From contig NC_068992.1 in the NCBI RefSeq assembly GCF_001194135.2, forward strand, positions 66,932,556 through 66,996,555: DNA of 64,000 bases, given 5' to 3'. The notes under the pieces are model-generated. The model worked only from the letters and a program-made list of their open reading frames with translations. It ran no database searches and was not told the origin of the DNA. Positions within the stretch are counted from its first letter, which is position 1, and each line of letters begins with the position of its first letter. The DNA comes from Octopus bimaculoides (lineage: Eukaryota). The position numbers and the translations under genes are program-made. This document shows positions 1 to 13,380 of the stretch, piece after piece.

Positions 1-329
1 TCACAGCTAATAATGTAGGTACACTTCACTTTATATATACGAGAATTAACACTAAATTTTTATAGGCATGGTTGAATAAAACCAAGTGAATAGGGATTGT
101 GTCTTGCCTCTGCAAAATTGCAAGAAGCAATGCAAGTTAACGTAGTATCATGATTTCCAATTTATCGCCAAAAATATTCAATTGTCTTCAGCCAGATCTA
201 CTCATAACGATAATGGTAATTCACTTCAACGAATACCTGCGTTCGTTTGAGGGTCCCGTCCTCATTGTAACATGAATTACTTTATAAATATATGAAAAAG
301 GTTATTGCTCACAAGAGATAATAATATTA

Positions 330-530
<201 letters not shown>

Positions 531-1321
531 CTCTTATGATTATCTGTTTGGGAGCCAAAGCTAAACACTTTTAAGAGTTTGCCCACATCGTTAGAAAACC
601 CCATCAAATTAAATGTCTGTGTTGTATGACGTGAAGGTATTTCGCTCCTGCCCCTGTCACTTGCCCCACTCCCTCCAAGCTTTCAGTCATACTGTAACAT
701 CTCTCATCCTTCGCTCGCCCTGGGATGCTGGGTCTATCTCTATCTATCCATGCAGGATAGCGTTCATACAGAGAGGAGAATTTTTCAAGTAACCATGTTA
801 TTCCCTTTTCATTTTGTCCTTCTCCATCTCACTTGAAGATCTTTAGACCAGCCCCTACTTTAAAACTGTTGTCTATCGACTGGAACGATTTCGTTTAAAG
901 ATGGGGGAAGGGCAGGTACATTAGGGAGTCGAATACATTAGGAAATCTCATAGAAACATTTGTGTTATTCGTTCTGGTTGCTTACTCTCTTAGTGCAAAT
1001 CGAACGGGGGTCAATATTCCCTTTTATACTTTCAGGGATTCATTAATAGAATAAGGGTCAAGTATTTAGATTGATTCTTCTTTTGTCTCTGTATCTTCCT
1101 CTCACTCTTACTCCTCTCCCTTCTTTCACTCTCCCTTTAACTCTCTCTCTCTCCCTCTTTGTTTCTGGAAGAATCTCCTATGCTCAGACTTAAGGAGGTA
1201 CGAGGTCTAACAGGTTTCAAATGCTCAAGGCACAGCGTGTGCCACGACACTGCCGCTGTGACTCTATCATACTTGTATAATTCTATGCGTGTGTGTTTTG
1301 TGTTTGTGTTGTACTCAACCA

Positions 1322-1400
1322 CAGCTTGAAAACGGGAGTTGGTATGTTTACGTCCCTATACCACAGCGGTTCTGCAAAACAGACAGATAGAATAAATACC
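1322..1400 (+). mobile_element. 3' fragment of the SINE family seen at 7310-7601
   Basis: GTTGGTATGTTTACGTCCCTATACCACAGCGGTTCTGCAAAACAGACAGATAGAAT matches the reverse complement of 7420-7475 (GTGTTTACGTCCCCGTAGCTTGGTGTTTCGGCAACAAGAAGGATAGAAT). Confidence 0.55.
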
Positions 1401-1429
1401 GGTCATAAAAGATAAGTAGTGTGTGTGTT

Positions 1430-1431
<2 letters not shown>

Positions 1432-1508
<77 letters not shown>

Positions 1509-1540
1509 GTGTGTGTGTGCGCGCGCGCGCGCGCGTGTGT
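1432..1540. repeat. (GT)n-(GC)n compound alternating purine-pyrimidine tract
   Basis: Direct reading; a (GC) run at about 1519-1534 follows about 85 bp of (GT)n. Confidence 0.95.
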
Positions 1541-1862
1541 ATTTGATGGTCTATGAAAATTACTTAACACAGTTTTTGAAGTGTAAAGGCGATTTTTTTT
1601 CTGAAATCTTTTATGAGGATCTTACTAAACGTTTTTGGGAAGAAGTTTTTTCTAGTGTGTGAGCGCTTTCGTTTAACCTTTTCAAACACACATGCTCTTG
1701 TATATATGTATGTATATATCTATATGTATGTGTGTGTATATATATATATATGCATATATATATTTATATATTTATATATATGAATATATATTTATATAAA
1801 TATATATACACATATACATACATATATATATATGCATACGTTCATATATATCTATATCTATC

Positions 1863-1979
<117 letters not shown>

Positions 1980-2264
1980 NNNNNNNNNNNNNNNNNNNNN
2001 NNNNNNNNNNNNNNNNNNNNNNNNNNNNNNNNNNNNNNNNNNNNNNNNNNNNNNNNNNNNNNNNNNNNNNNNNNNNNNNNNNNNNNNNNNNNNNNNNNNN
2101 NNNNNNNNNNNNNNNNNNNNNNNNNNNNNNNNNNNNNNNNNNNNNNNNNNNNNNNNNNNNNNNNNNNNNNNNNNNNNNNNNNNNNNNNNNNNNNNNNNNN
2201 NNNNNNNNNNNNNNNNNNNNNNNNNNNNNNNNNNNNNNNNNNNNNNNNNNNNNNNNNNNNNNNN

Positions 2265-2297
<33 letters not shown>

Positions 2298-2851
2298 TGT
2301 TTTGTCTGGGGAGAGTCGTTCTCTTTTGGTCCCTTATAATTTAATATTAACGGGTAAAATTTCCACTTCTTTCTTTTTTTTTACTTTCTAAAATTTTCGT
2401 TGCGTCTTCCAACCACACACACTTGTCGGATATTTTCCTCTGTCTTCTGCCTGCTCTCTCCATTGATATACACCGGTGCATCTTTCTTTCCCTCCGCCCT
2501 CATTTGTTAACCCTGCAGCCTCCAAGTTCCAAGTTTGCGCAAATACAGGACATATGTAGGACGTCAACATACACCATAACGTGATTGTTCTTTCTGTTGG
2601 AACAATGTTGGCTTCCATTTGCTTTTGCATTCATCTGTATGTATATGTGTGCTTGTTCATGTTCATGTATGTTAGAATACATGCATATCATAACATCACA
2701 CACACACACACGTGCTTATATACATATGTGTGTGTGTTACTGTATTTTGTCGGTTCATACGTTTAACCCTTTAAAATTGTATGGTTTCGAATGTGTGTGA
2801 AGTTGTAATTGTATGTATGTGGTTTTATGTGTGAGCACGTGTATACATACT

Positions 2852-2882
<31 letters not shown>

Positions 2883-3031
2883 GCATATATATATATATAT
2901 ATATATATATGTTTGTGTGTGTGTATGCATATGTGCGTATGTGTGACATATATTGAATGGTGACACTATAAAGAGAATAGAACCAAATTATACATACATA
3001 CGTGCATGTACACCCACATACATACCCATGC

Positions 3032-3089
<58 letters not shown>

Positions 3090-3535
3090 TCTGTATTTCC
3101 AGCTGTCACCAGAGACGGAAATACTAAACAGGTCTATTGGCCATATGCGAACCAAATACCCATTACTTCCTGTGTGAATCTGTAACTTTTTTAACGATTC
3201 ACAGTGACATGGAATCCGTACCCATCGTGTTCCAAACACAATGATCGTTTTATGACATAAATCCTGGACGTTTAGGTCTCTTATATTCTGTTAGTCACAA
3301 TTTTTGACCGTTTTAATAACGGATATTATTTCCACTAAAGGCCGATCTGTTGCTTGGCCGGGGAAGACTCTGTGCTGTAGGAACACAGCTCTGTCCCAGC
3401 AGCCGTTTTTTCTAGTATTTCTTGGTTGGAGTGTTAGGGCAAATCTGGTGTTTTCATTTGCATCTGTTTCTAGCAATATACACATAAACGCATATGCATG
3501 CATCTCTCACTATCCCTCCATCCATCCATCCATCC

Positions 3536-3573
<38 letters not shown>

Positions 3574-3823
3574 TGTGTTTCTTTTGTAGTTTAGAAGTAT
3601 TTTGACTTCTATCTTTAGCGAATGAAGTACTTAACTAGTGCCCTAATATGTATATATATTAGGCTGTTGTGCGGTAATGATTCTTTGATCACGAGAGAAG
3701 GCACTCCTTGAAACCTTCGGTGATTTGTTATCGCCTGCTTTCAAGTAAAAAACCGGCAATTAAGCACTATCCGAGAGTCTTTCATTATTATTGTTATTTC
3801 ATAATAACAATAATAATGATAAT

Positions 3824-4033
3824 TTCTACTAAAGGCATAAGTCCTGAAATTTGCGGCGAGGGAGTAAGCCGTTAACATCTACCCAGTGCGTAACTGGTAC
3901 TTAGTTAATCGACCCCGAAAAGATGAAAGGCAAAATCAACCTCGGCGGAATTTGAACTCAGAATGTAGCAGCAGACAAAATACCGTTAAACATTTCACCT
4001 GGCGTGCAAACGATTCTGCCAGCTCACGACCTT
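3824..4033 (-). mobile_element. tRNA-derived SINE, family 1, tail type A
   Basis: Minus strand: GAGCTGGCAGAATCG (A-box-like), GAGTTCAAATTCC (B-box), central GCCTTTCATCTTTTCGGGGTCGAT..AAGTACCAG, tail AAATTTCAGG..TGCCTTTAGTAGAA; homologous to six other copies in the window; AAT repeats on both sides. Confidence 0.9.
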
Positions 4034-4056
4034 AATAATAATAATGATGATAATAA

Positions 4057-4128
<72 letters not shown>
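4034..4128. repeat. (AAT)n microsatellite; further AAT arrays at 4427-4461 and 4590-4690
   Basis: Direct reading. Confidence 0.95.
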
Positions 4129-4130
<2 letters not shown>

Positions 4131-4426
4131 TTAAAAGAAGAGTGCCATTTGTTATCTTGGGAACAATATTTCGACATCTCGCGTGTCTTCCACTGGTNNN
4201 NNNNNNNNNNNNNNNNNNNNNNNNNNNNNNNNNNNNNNNNNNNNNNNNNNNNNNNNNNNNNNNNNNNNNNNNNNNNNNNNNNNNNNNNNNNNNNNNNNNN
4301 NNNNNNNNNNNNNNNNNNNNNNNNNNNNNNNNNNNNNNNNNNNNNNNNNNNNNNNNNNNNNNNNNNNNNNNNNNNNNNNNNNNNNNNNNNNNNNNNNNNN
4401 NNNNNNNNNNNNNNNNNNNNNNNNNN

Positions 4427-4463
<37 letters not shown>

Positions 4464-4634
4464 TGTACAAATCCAAATACATGGTACTCTAGGCATAACA
4501 CCTACATGAACTTCTAACTTGTCTCTTGAGGTCTCTGGGTGAGACTTGGATCCAACTTGTACAAATGCAAAACGAAAGTCAAACATAAAATAATAATAAT
4601 AATAATAATAATAATGGTAATAATAATAATAATG

Positions 4635-4691
<57 letters not shown>

Positions 4692-5285
4692 GTAATTGTG
4701 GGTGTACGCCTCTGTAGGTGCGTGTTTGCATATATGTGTGTGAGTGTGTATATATAGATAAATTGATAAGCAACCGAATCGCAGAGAATGTTAGGGAATT
4801 GTGTTTATGGAATATAGAAATATTGAGAATCTTCCTTGAATTCACGTTTATATTCCAAAGATACTGCAAATGTCATCTTCTTTGCTGTAGTCGACTGGAC
4901 GGCGAAAAAAACAGCCATAATAATAATTTCGAAATAATACAGACACACACGCGCACATATATATATATATACACGCACGCGCGCACACACACGTGTGTAA
5001 GCATATACACCTCAACGTCCACATATTCACGTGTGTGTACGTGTGAGGTGCGAGTGTATAGTGATTGTACCTTTATATCGAATCTACCTTGATTTGTCTG
5101 TTCGATTTTTGTTTATATATCTATTCATATATTCATATATATACATATATATACTTGTATATATATATATATGCATACATATTTGTGAATATACATGTAT
5201 ATCTCTATATATCTTTCTCATTCACTCTCTTTCTCTCCCACCTCTCTCTGTCTGTCGATCTCTCTCCTGTCTCTCTCTTTCTCTC

Positions 5286-5289
<4 letters not shown>

Positions 5290-5374
<85 letters not shown>
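5290..5374. repeat. (AT)n microsatellite
   Basis: Direct reading. Confidence 0.97.
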
Positions 5375-5377
<3 letters not shown>

Positions 5378-5653
5378 ACCCCTTGTTTAGACGTCACGTA
5401 ATCGTAAGTGCTCACATGTGTATGCTAAGATTGGTATGTTCATGGTTTCTGGTTTGTGTTTATCTAGTCTCTTCTCTGTGCAATTTTCTTATCTACGCCC
5501 GTCTCTTTGTCTTCCTCTATCAACCTGTCCATATTTCTATATATGTCAACATGTGTGTTTTTGTATGTATATCAGTGTCTAAGTGCAAAGATTGGTAGTA
5601 CAAGTATTGCCATCAGAGCACAATCACAGCGCATCTAAATACTCTGTACAATT

Positions 5654-5937
5654 TCAAGTGTTTTCAGGTGTCTCAATGTCCACACTCAACGACGTCTCTC
5701 TTGACACAGTCTCATACCACTGGAATCTAGGCTGACCATCGTTGAGGCAGCAATCTTTCATTTCTCCTTTGATCTTCTTTACTTGATATACAGAAACACA
5801 ACCATTTTGGGAGTTCAAAAGTTGAAGAGTTTGTGAAGAGTTCGTAATATATATGCATCTCTTCAACAACTTATGAATGGTTATGTTTTCAAATCTCTCA
5901 CCAATATTCAAAGAGCTGTTCCCAAGAAACATGGCTG
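5654..5937 (-). CDS. Candidate terminal coding exon, unknown product (..AMFLGNSSLNIGERFENITIHKLLKRC..DIETPENT*)
   Basis: Non-repetitive 92-aa ORF from the track, preceded by a possible acceptor (ttcaaatatag|CA, phase 1); no family motif recognised. Confidence 0.25.
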
Positions 5938-6649
5938 CTATATTTGAATGTAAACATCATTAACTCGGTCATTATGGATGCATAAATGTGTGTGTGTGAC
6001 TGTGTATAAAGCTGCTTCATTCTTATATGCATGTTCACAAATAAATATGCTTCTACATGTATACGTGTGAATCTACATATATATATACACACACATATAT
6101 GTATATATGTATGTATGTGTATAGATACGTGAATATACACATACATATATTCACATATGTATACACACATTCACACACACACGCACACATCTCGCCATGT
6201 TGGACCGCTGAACTCTCTCTCTCTCTCTCTCTCTCTTCGTCTTTCATTTCTTCTCCCTCTTTTTTCCTCTTACTCCTAGGTGGAAGAGCTTGTTGTTCCT
6301 TCACCTGGCTTCGTCTGTTGTTTTTTTTGGTAAATTTGAACTATATGTATGTATGTATGTACGTATGTATCTATGTATATATGTGTGTATGTATGTGTAT
6401 ATATATATATANNNNNNNNNNNNNNNNNNNNNNNNNNNNNNNNNNNNNNNNNNNNNNNNNNNNNNNNNNNNNNNNNNNNNNNNNNNNNNNNNNNNNNNNN
6501 NNNNNNNNNNNNNNNNNNNNNNNNNNNNNNNNNNNNNNNNNNNNNNNNNNNNNNNNNNNNNNNNNNNNNNNNNNNNNNNNNNNNNNNNNNNNNNNNNNNN
6601 NNNNNNNNNNNNNNNNNNNNNNNCATACATACATACATACATACATACA

Positions 6650-6683
<34 letters not shown>

Positions 6684-6769
6684 CATAGGCATACATATAC
6701 ATATAAGTAGATAATTGTGCCCAGATTGTAAACGCACCTCTTATCAAGCCAGGATGGATAGGACTGTAT

Positions 6770-6935
6770 GTGGTCGAATGAGCTGTTAGAAATAGCTAGC
6801 AAATCTCCCTCGAATCACAACATATCGTCTTCAAAAAGATAGACTGGTCAATATAATCTAGTGTATATCGTTTTTCAAAACAGGAGACGAAAAACTCAAA
6901 TGTTCGATCTTGAAGGTTCTTGGGGGTAAACAATA
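6770..6935 (+). mobile_element. Dispersed repeat family 4 (AGAAATAGC..AAATCTCC motif, GGGG(C)TAAACAA end)
   Basis: TTAGAAATAGCTAGCAAATCTCCCTCGAATCACA at 6786-6819 and ending GGGGTAAACAATAAT; related sequence at 24620-24870, 31890-32010, 35269-35298, 37490-37660, 61670-61700. Confidence 0.5.
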
Positions 6936-7309
6936 ATGTGTATGACATCAATAGCAATAACAACAATATCACATACATAAACCTCGGAGATAATCCTAAA
7001 AAGATTGCCTCATCAATTGAACGCAAACGTTATTAAATCATTTAGGTTTCTTCGTATAGATATCACATCATCGACGACTCACAGTTACTTTATCATCGAG
7101 CACTCATATTTTCGTAATCGATATATCATTAATCTTGCCAGCCGCCTGACAATATCTATTAATTTTAATTAATTCAATATTAATTATGTCATTTTAGATT
7201 ACTAACAAAATGGTTCCTTAACGATTTTAAAATATAAAGAAAAAAAATTCTCCAAAAAGCCAACATGACGTTTGATGCCGCAAATGTCGATATTTTTCTT
7301 CAGTCATTT

Positions 7310-7601
7310 AATCTGTTACTTGTTTCACTCATTAGACTGCGGCCATGCTGGGGCTGCACTTGAAGAAATTTTGGTCGAAGGAATGGAACCCAGTACTTAC
7401 TTTTTAAAAGTCTGGTACTCATTCTATCCTTCTTGTTGCCGAAACACCAAGCTACGGGGACGTAAACACACCAATTCAATACTGGTTTTCAAGCGGTGGT
7501 GGGTATAGTAGAAGACACTTCACTAAGGTGTCACGCAGCAGGACTGAACCCGGAAACATGAGATGTGGAGGCAAGTTTGTTACCAAACAATCCCGCCTGC
7601 G
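7310..7601 (-). mobile_element. tRNA-derived SINE, family 2 (internally deleted copy)
   Basis: Minus strand: head GCAGGCGGGATTG..GGTAAC, B-box-like CCGGGTTCAGTCC, CACCTTAGTGAAGTGTCTTCTACTATA segment, 3' part GTGTTTACGTCCCCGTAGC..CAGCATGGCCGCAGTCTAATGAGTGAAACAAGTAAC; matches an abundant SINE as I recall it from octopus sequence. Confidence 0.75.
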
Positions 7602-7934
7602 ACTAATGTTTTATTCACTGGAGAATTAAATGTGATATTAAGTCTCACTTATGAGCAAATTGGGACCAAAATCTTATTTATTTGTTTATGAATCGATAAT
7701 ATGGTTGGAAAAGCTTGGCGGTCATAACTTTACCATTCTGCTCTCATAAAAAATAACACCCGAGGCTTCATGTTTATATATCGTAGAATTCTTCAGATAT
7801 AGACGTGTAGATGCATCAGAGCAATTGCTTCTGATTTGGGATTCCTTTATGTCTTGCATTCTGCCGGAAGCAGAATATAGCAATGCTATATAGCAGAAAA
7901 CCATTATGGGCGTTCTTTGCTATTTATTGCATCC

Positions 7935-7981
<47 letters not shown>

Positions 7982-8048
7982 GAAAGCGTGAGTTGTATGT
8001 TTGTATTTACGTACGCGTGGCTATGCTCTCTCGCTCTTNNNNNNNNNN

Positions 8049-8116
<68 letters not shown>

Positions 8117-9105
8117 GTGAATGGCTGGCGAAAGTATGTGTGTTGATGATGGCGTACGTGAATGTTTCCTTTTGCCAGGGCAACAGCAGTCGCTGCAGCT
8201 TTTCAAGTCATTTCCAAAGCATTATTGTTCGTCTTCTTCGTGTTCTGGTTTTTGCTGTGTCCGTAGTTTTACCTCAATGCTAATAATATCAATAATAATA
8301 CGAATAACAACAGCAATAACCGTAGAAACAAAAACTACAACAATAACAGCATCAGCATCAGCAATGACAATATTGATAATGATGATGATGATGATGATAA
8401 TAATACTGGTTCTTAACAGCGTTGTCATCGTTGCGACAGGTTGCGAAGTGTATTTTCACAGCAATGTTGAAGGTTACATAATCCACATTCAGAATTTATT
8501 GTTTATATTGTGGCTCTGGCAGGCTTCACGTCAAACTCAGTGCAGCGCTTACAGTGATATGCTGTTTCATGTCTTTCTCTCTCTCTCTCCCCACCACTCT
8601 CTAAACATATACATACAAACACAAATACACACACATATCTATATCTATATCTATCTATCTATATGTATACACACACACATATAAACATATATATATATAT
8701 ATGTGTGTGTGTGTGGGTGTATATAGTTTTATATAGGCATTTACATATATGAACATAATATTATATATNNNNNNNNNNNNNNNNNNNNNNNNNNNNNNNN
8801 NNNNNNNNNNNNNNNNNNNNNNNNNNNNNNNNNNNNNNNNNNNNNNNNNNNNNNNNNNNNNNNNNNNNNNNNNNNNNNNNNNNNNNNNNNNNNNNNNNNN
8901 NNNNNNNNNNNNNNNNNNNNNNNNNNNNNNNNNNNNNNNNNNNNNNNNNNNNNNNNNNNNNNNNNNNNNNNNNNNNNNNNNNNNNNNNNNNNNNNNNNNN
9001 NNNNNNNNNNNNNNNNNNNNNNNNNNNNNNNNNNNNNNNNNNNNNNNNNNNNNNNNNNNNNNNNNNNNNNNNNNNNNNNNNNNNNNNNNNNNNNNNNNNN
9101 NNNNN

Positions 9106-9145
<40 letters not shown>

Positions 9146-9221
9146 TGTGTGTGTATGTATGTATGTATGTATATACGCACAAACACGCATACAGCTACAG
9201 ATATACGTCTACACCTACCTG

Positions 9222-9273
<52 letters not shown>

Positions 9274-10285
9274 CAGATTTATATAAATAAAATCACAAAT
9301 ATTTACTCACGCCACTTAGTAAGTGTTGGAAATAAACTGCAATGTTTGACGTTTCCACATCAGAAAATATCTTTTCTACGTTACTTTGCATCGAATGTGA
9401 ATGCATTTCCACCATTAATGTGCCTATGAAGCGTCTTCAATCAGTTCTACAGTTACGAGCGGCATTACACTACAGTTTAGCACATCTAAGGGGAACATAT
9501 CAAATGCCCACCACATCGATCTAACAAACTGATACGAATTTACTCAGTAACGCCCTGTAGCCCCTGGCATACAGGTACACTGAGACACAGGCATAGCAAG
9601 GTGGCGTTCTTCTACCATTGTCTTTCATTCTACTCTTTGTAGTATCTCTGTTCTTTGTAAAAGAAAACGCGCAGAGAACCAATTTCGCTGTAGGTGACAT
9701 TATGGCGTATATGATTCACTCAACCGAGGTTCGTCGCCACAGTGGCAACGGCTCCCTGCCAACATCCTGCCCGAGAAGGTGAATCTAAGAGTAAAGAAAA
9801 GTGCATGGCTTCACTTTAACAACGCTGTGACCACGTGATCAGAGCTTATCAACAAAGGCTTAACGTTTAGAAGCCATATTGAATTTCTCCGTTCGCTGAT
9901 TAGATGGGCTCGTCCTATACGCCATTCGCCACGATATATATATATATANNNNNNNNNNNNNNNNNNNNNNNNNNNNNNNNNNNNNNNNNNNNNNNNNNNN
10001 NNNNNNNNNNNNNNNNNNNNNNNNNNNNNNNNNNNNNNNNNNNNNNNNNNNNNNNNNNNNNNNNNNNNNNNNNNNNNNNNNNNNNNNNNNNNNNNNNNNN
10101 NNNNNNNNNNNNNNNNNNNNNNNNNNNNNNNNNNNNNNNNNNNNNNNNNNNNNNNNNNNNNNNNNNNNNNNNNNNNNNNNNNNNNNNNNNNNNNNNNNNN
10201 NNNNNNNNNNNNNNNNNNNNNNNNNNNNNNNNNNNNNNNNNNNNNNNNNNNNNNNNNNNNNNNNNNNNNNNNNNNNNNNNNNNNN

Positions 10286-10335
<50 letters not shown>

Positions 10336-11750
10336 TGTGTGTGTGTGTGTGTGTATAAATATACCATATATACCTGCATATATATATGTATATATATGAA
10401 TATATGTATGTATGTCTCTATGTTGATAGATAGATGGATAGGTAGGTAAATAGATATACACAGTTATATGTCTCTCTAGCTCCTTGACTACATACATATA
10501 TACGTACGCAAATATAGAGAAGAGTGTTCTGTATATCATACTTCACTCAAATATAAAGAGGAAAATCTTAGAACTGCAGTATTTGTCTCGTAAAAAAAAA
10601 CCTTCAGTGTAGACGAATATTGTTAAAACACAGTAATATATGAATAGCAGAGGAAAGATGTCTAATGGCGGAGGTTACAAATAAATTTCAAGTTTTTTTT
10701 TTAAACATAATACACCAACTTGAGATGTTTTCTGGAGACGAATACTTCTGTTTCAAGCTTGTCTGCGTTATACCTGAGTTAAATATTTACATATTATCAT
10801 ATGTACAATAATAACCCGAACCAATGTTGCTACCGTCATTCACAACGAATATTTATTTATATTTATGTCAGATATATCTGTCTAGCAACAGATGTATGGT
10901 CAATGTTCAGAGATATATGTATGTGTATGTGTTTTTTGTGTATATTACATATATATATATATATATATATATATANNNNNNNNNNNNNNNNNNNNNNNNN
11001 NNNNNNNNNNNNNNNNNNNNNNNNNNNNNNNNNNNNNNNNNNNNNNNNNNNNNNNNNNNNNNNNNNNNNNNNNNNNNNNNNNNNNNNNNNNNNNNNNNNN
11101 NNNNNNNNNNNNNNNNNNNNNNNNNNNNNNNNNNNNNNNNNNNNNNNNNNNNNNNNNNNNNNNNNNNNNNNNNNNNNNNNNNNNNNNNNNNNNNNNNNNN
11201 NNNNNNNNNNNNNNNNNNNNNNNNNNNNNNNNNNNNNNNNNNNNNNNNNNNNNNNNNNNNNNNNNNNNNNNNNNNNNNNNNNNNNNNNNNNNNNNNNNNN
11301 NNNNNNNNNNNNNNNNNNNNNNNNNNNNNNNNNNNNNNNNNNNNNNNNNNNNNNNNNNNNNNNNNNNNNNNNNNNNNNNNNNNNNNNNNNNNNNNNNNNN
11401 NNNNNNNNNNNNNNNNNNNNNNNNNNNNNNNNNNNNNNNNNNNNNNNNNNNNNNNNNNNNNNNNNNNNNNNNNNNNNNNNNNNNNNNNNNNNNNNNNNNN
11501 NNNNNNNNNGTGGAACAAGGAGGAAGAAACAGGAGTGTATAGCAGTGAAGTAGAAGTTAGAATAACAGAAAGAAGCAGCGCGAGACGGGGAGATGGGTAA
11601 GAAGAAAGATGAATAGGTAGATAGAGGGATAAATAGAAAGATAGAAGACAAATAGATAAATAGATAGATAGATAGATAGATAGAGTCACGTCAGAATAAT
11701 AAAGTACAGTCTTACTTGCAAAATGGACGTGTGCGAGAGAGACAGACGGA

Positions 11751-11808
<58 letters not shown>

Positions 11809-12077
11809 NNNNNNNNNNAGAGAGAGAGAGAGAGAGAGAGAGAATAAGAGAGAGATGTTTGTGCAAGAATACATTGGCAGATGTATGTACCGCCCACACA
11901 CCAGCAAACCACAGGCCAACGCCCATTCCTCCCTCCCACCAGGATCATTACATATACATACACACACATCTATCTATCTATCTGATAGCACTTTCTATCA
12001 CCCAACCAATTAACCAATTAGCAAATTAACTAAGAGCAACTGGGTGAAAATCCGAAACAATTAGATAGGTGTATTAC

Positions 12078-12147
12078 CTGCCAGTTGCAGCCGTGAATAT
12101 TGTAACCTCGAGAAACCCAGAGCGGCCACAAATCGAAGATTCTGCCT
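12078..12147 (-). CDS. Candidate internal exon (70 nt), product unknown
   Basis: Acceptor tattttttttag|AG, donor GGCAG|gtaata, GC-richer than flanks, open in all three frames. Confidence 0.2.
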
Positions 12148-12525
12148 CTAAAAAAATACTTAAATGGATTAAATACTAATTACTCTTGTTTTCGTATCCA
12201 AATACACACACACAGCTTCACCCCTCCCCCTCACACATAGACGTACAATGACAGCTTCAGCACACACACACACTCACAAACACACACTCACAAACACACA
12301 CACACCAGCAACAAATTACTGCATGAATGCACATGACTTAAATTTAAGTAGAATCAGAACAGTCTCCACGAACCGATGAAGAGATTCCTGTCAATTGGAA
12401 TTCAGGCATTAAAAAGTGATTTTTGAAAATTATTTTCACATCATTTCTGCCCTCTGACTCAGAAACAGAGAGCATCGAGGGATGAGTGGGTGGGTAGGGG
12501 AGAGAAAGAGAGAAGTTGATGCTGT

Positions 12526-12573
<48 letters not shown>

Positions 12574-13380
12574 NNNNNNNNNNNNNNNNNNNNNNNNNNN
12601 NNNNNNNNNNNNNNNNNNNNNNNNNNNNNNNNNNNNNNNNNNNNNNNNNNNNNNNNNNNNNNNNNNNNNNNNNNNNNNNNNNNNNNNNNNNNNNNNNNNN
12701 NNNNNNNNNNNNNNNNNNNNNNNNNNNNNNNNNNNNNNNNNNNNNNNNNNNNNNNNNNNNNNNNNNNNNNNNNNNNNNNNNNNNNNNNNNNNNNNNNNNN
12801 NNNNNNNNNNNNNNNNNNNNNNNNNNNNNNNNNNNNNNNNNNNNNNNNNNNNNNNNNNNNNNNNNNNNNNNNNNNNNNNNNNNNNNNNNNNNNNNNNNNN
12901 NNNNNNNNNNNNNNNNNNNNNNNNNNNNNNNNNNNNNNNNNNNNNNNNNNNNNNNNNNNNNNNNNNNNNNNNNNNNNNNNNNNNNNNNNNNNNNNNNNNN
13001 NNNNNNNNNNNNNNNNNNNNNNNNNNNNNNNNNNNNNNNNNNNNNNNNNNNNNNNNNNNNNNNNNNNNNNNNNNNNNNNNNNNNNNNNNNNNNNNNNNNN
13101 NNNNNNNNNNNNNNNNNNNNNNNNNNNNNNNNNNNNNNNNNNNNNNNNNNNNNNNNNNNNNNNNNNNNNNNNNNNNNNNNNNNNNNNNNNNNNNNNNNNN
13201 NNNNNNNNNNNNNNNNNNNNNNNNNNNNNNNNNNNNNNNNNNNNNNNNNNNNNNNNNNNNNNNNNNNNNNNNNNNNNNNNNNNNNNNNNNNNNNNNNNNN
13301 NNNNNNNNNNATATATATACACACACATACATACATACACACACATATATGTATATGTATATTAGAAGGTTTGGAGGTGA

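Noticed and set aside
3097-3180. AVTRDGNTKQVYWPYANQIPITSCVNL after a good plus-strand acceptor; faint likeness to Cys-loop receptor loops
   Set aside because: Key residues and spacing do not match, the frame stops at once, and there is no convincing donor
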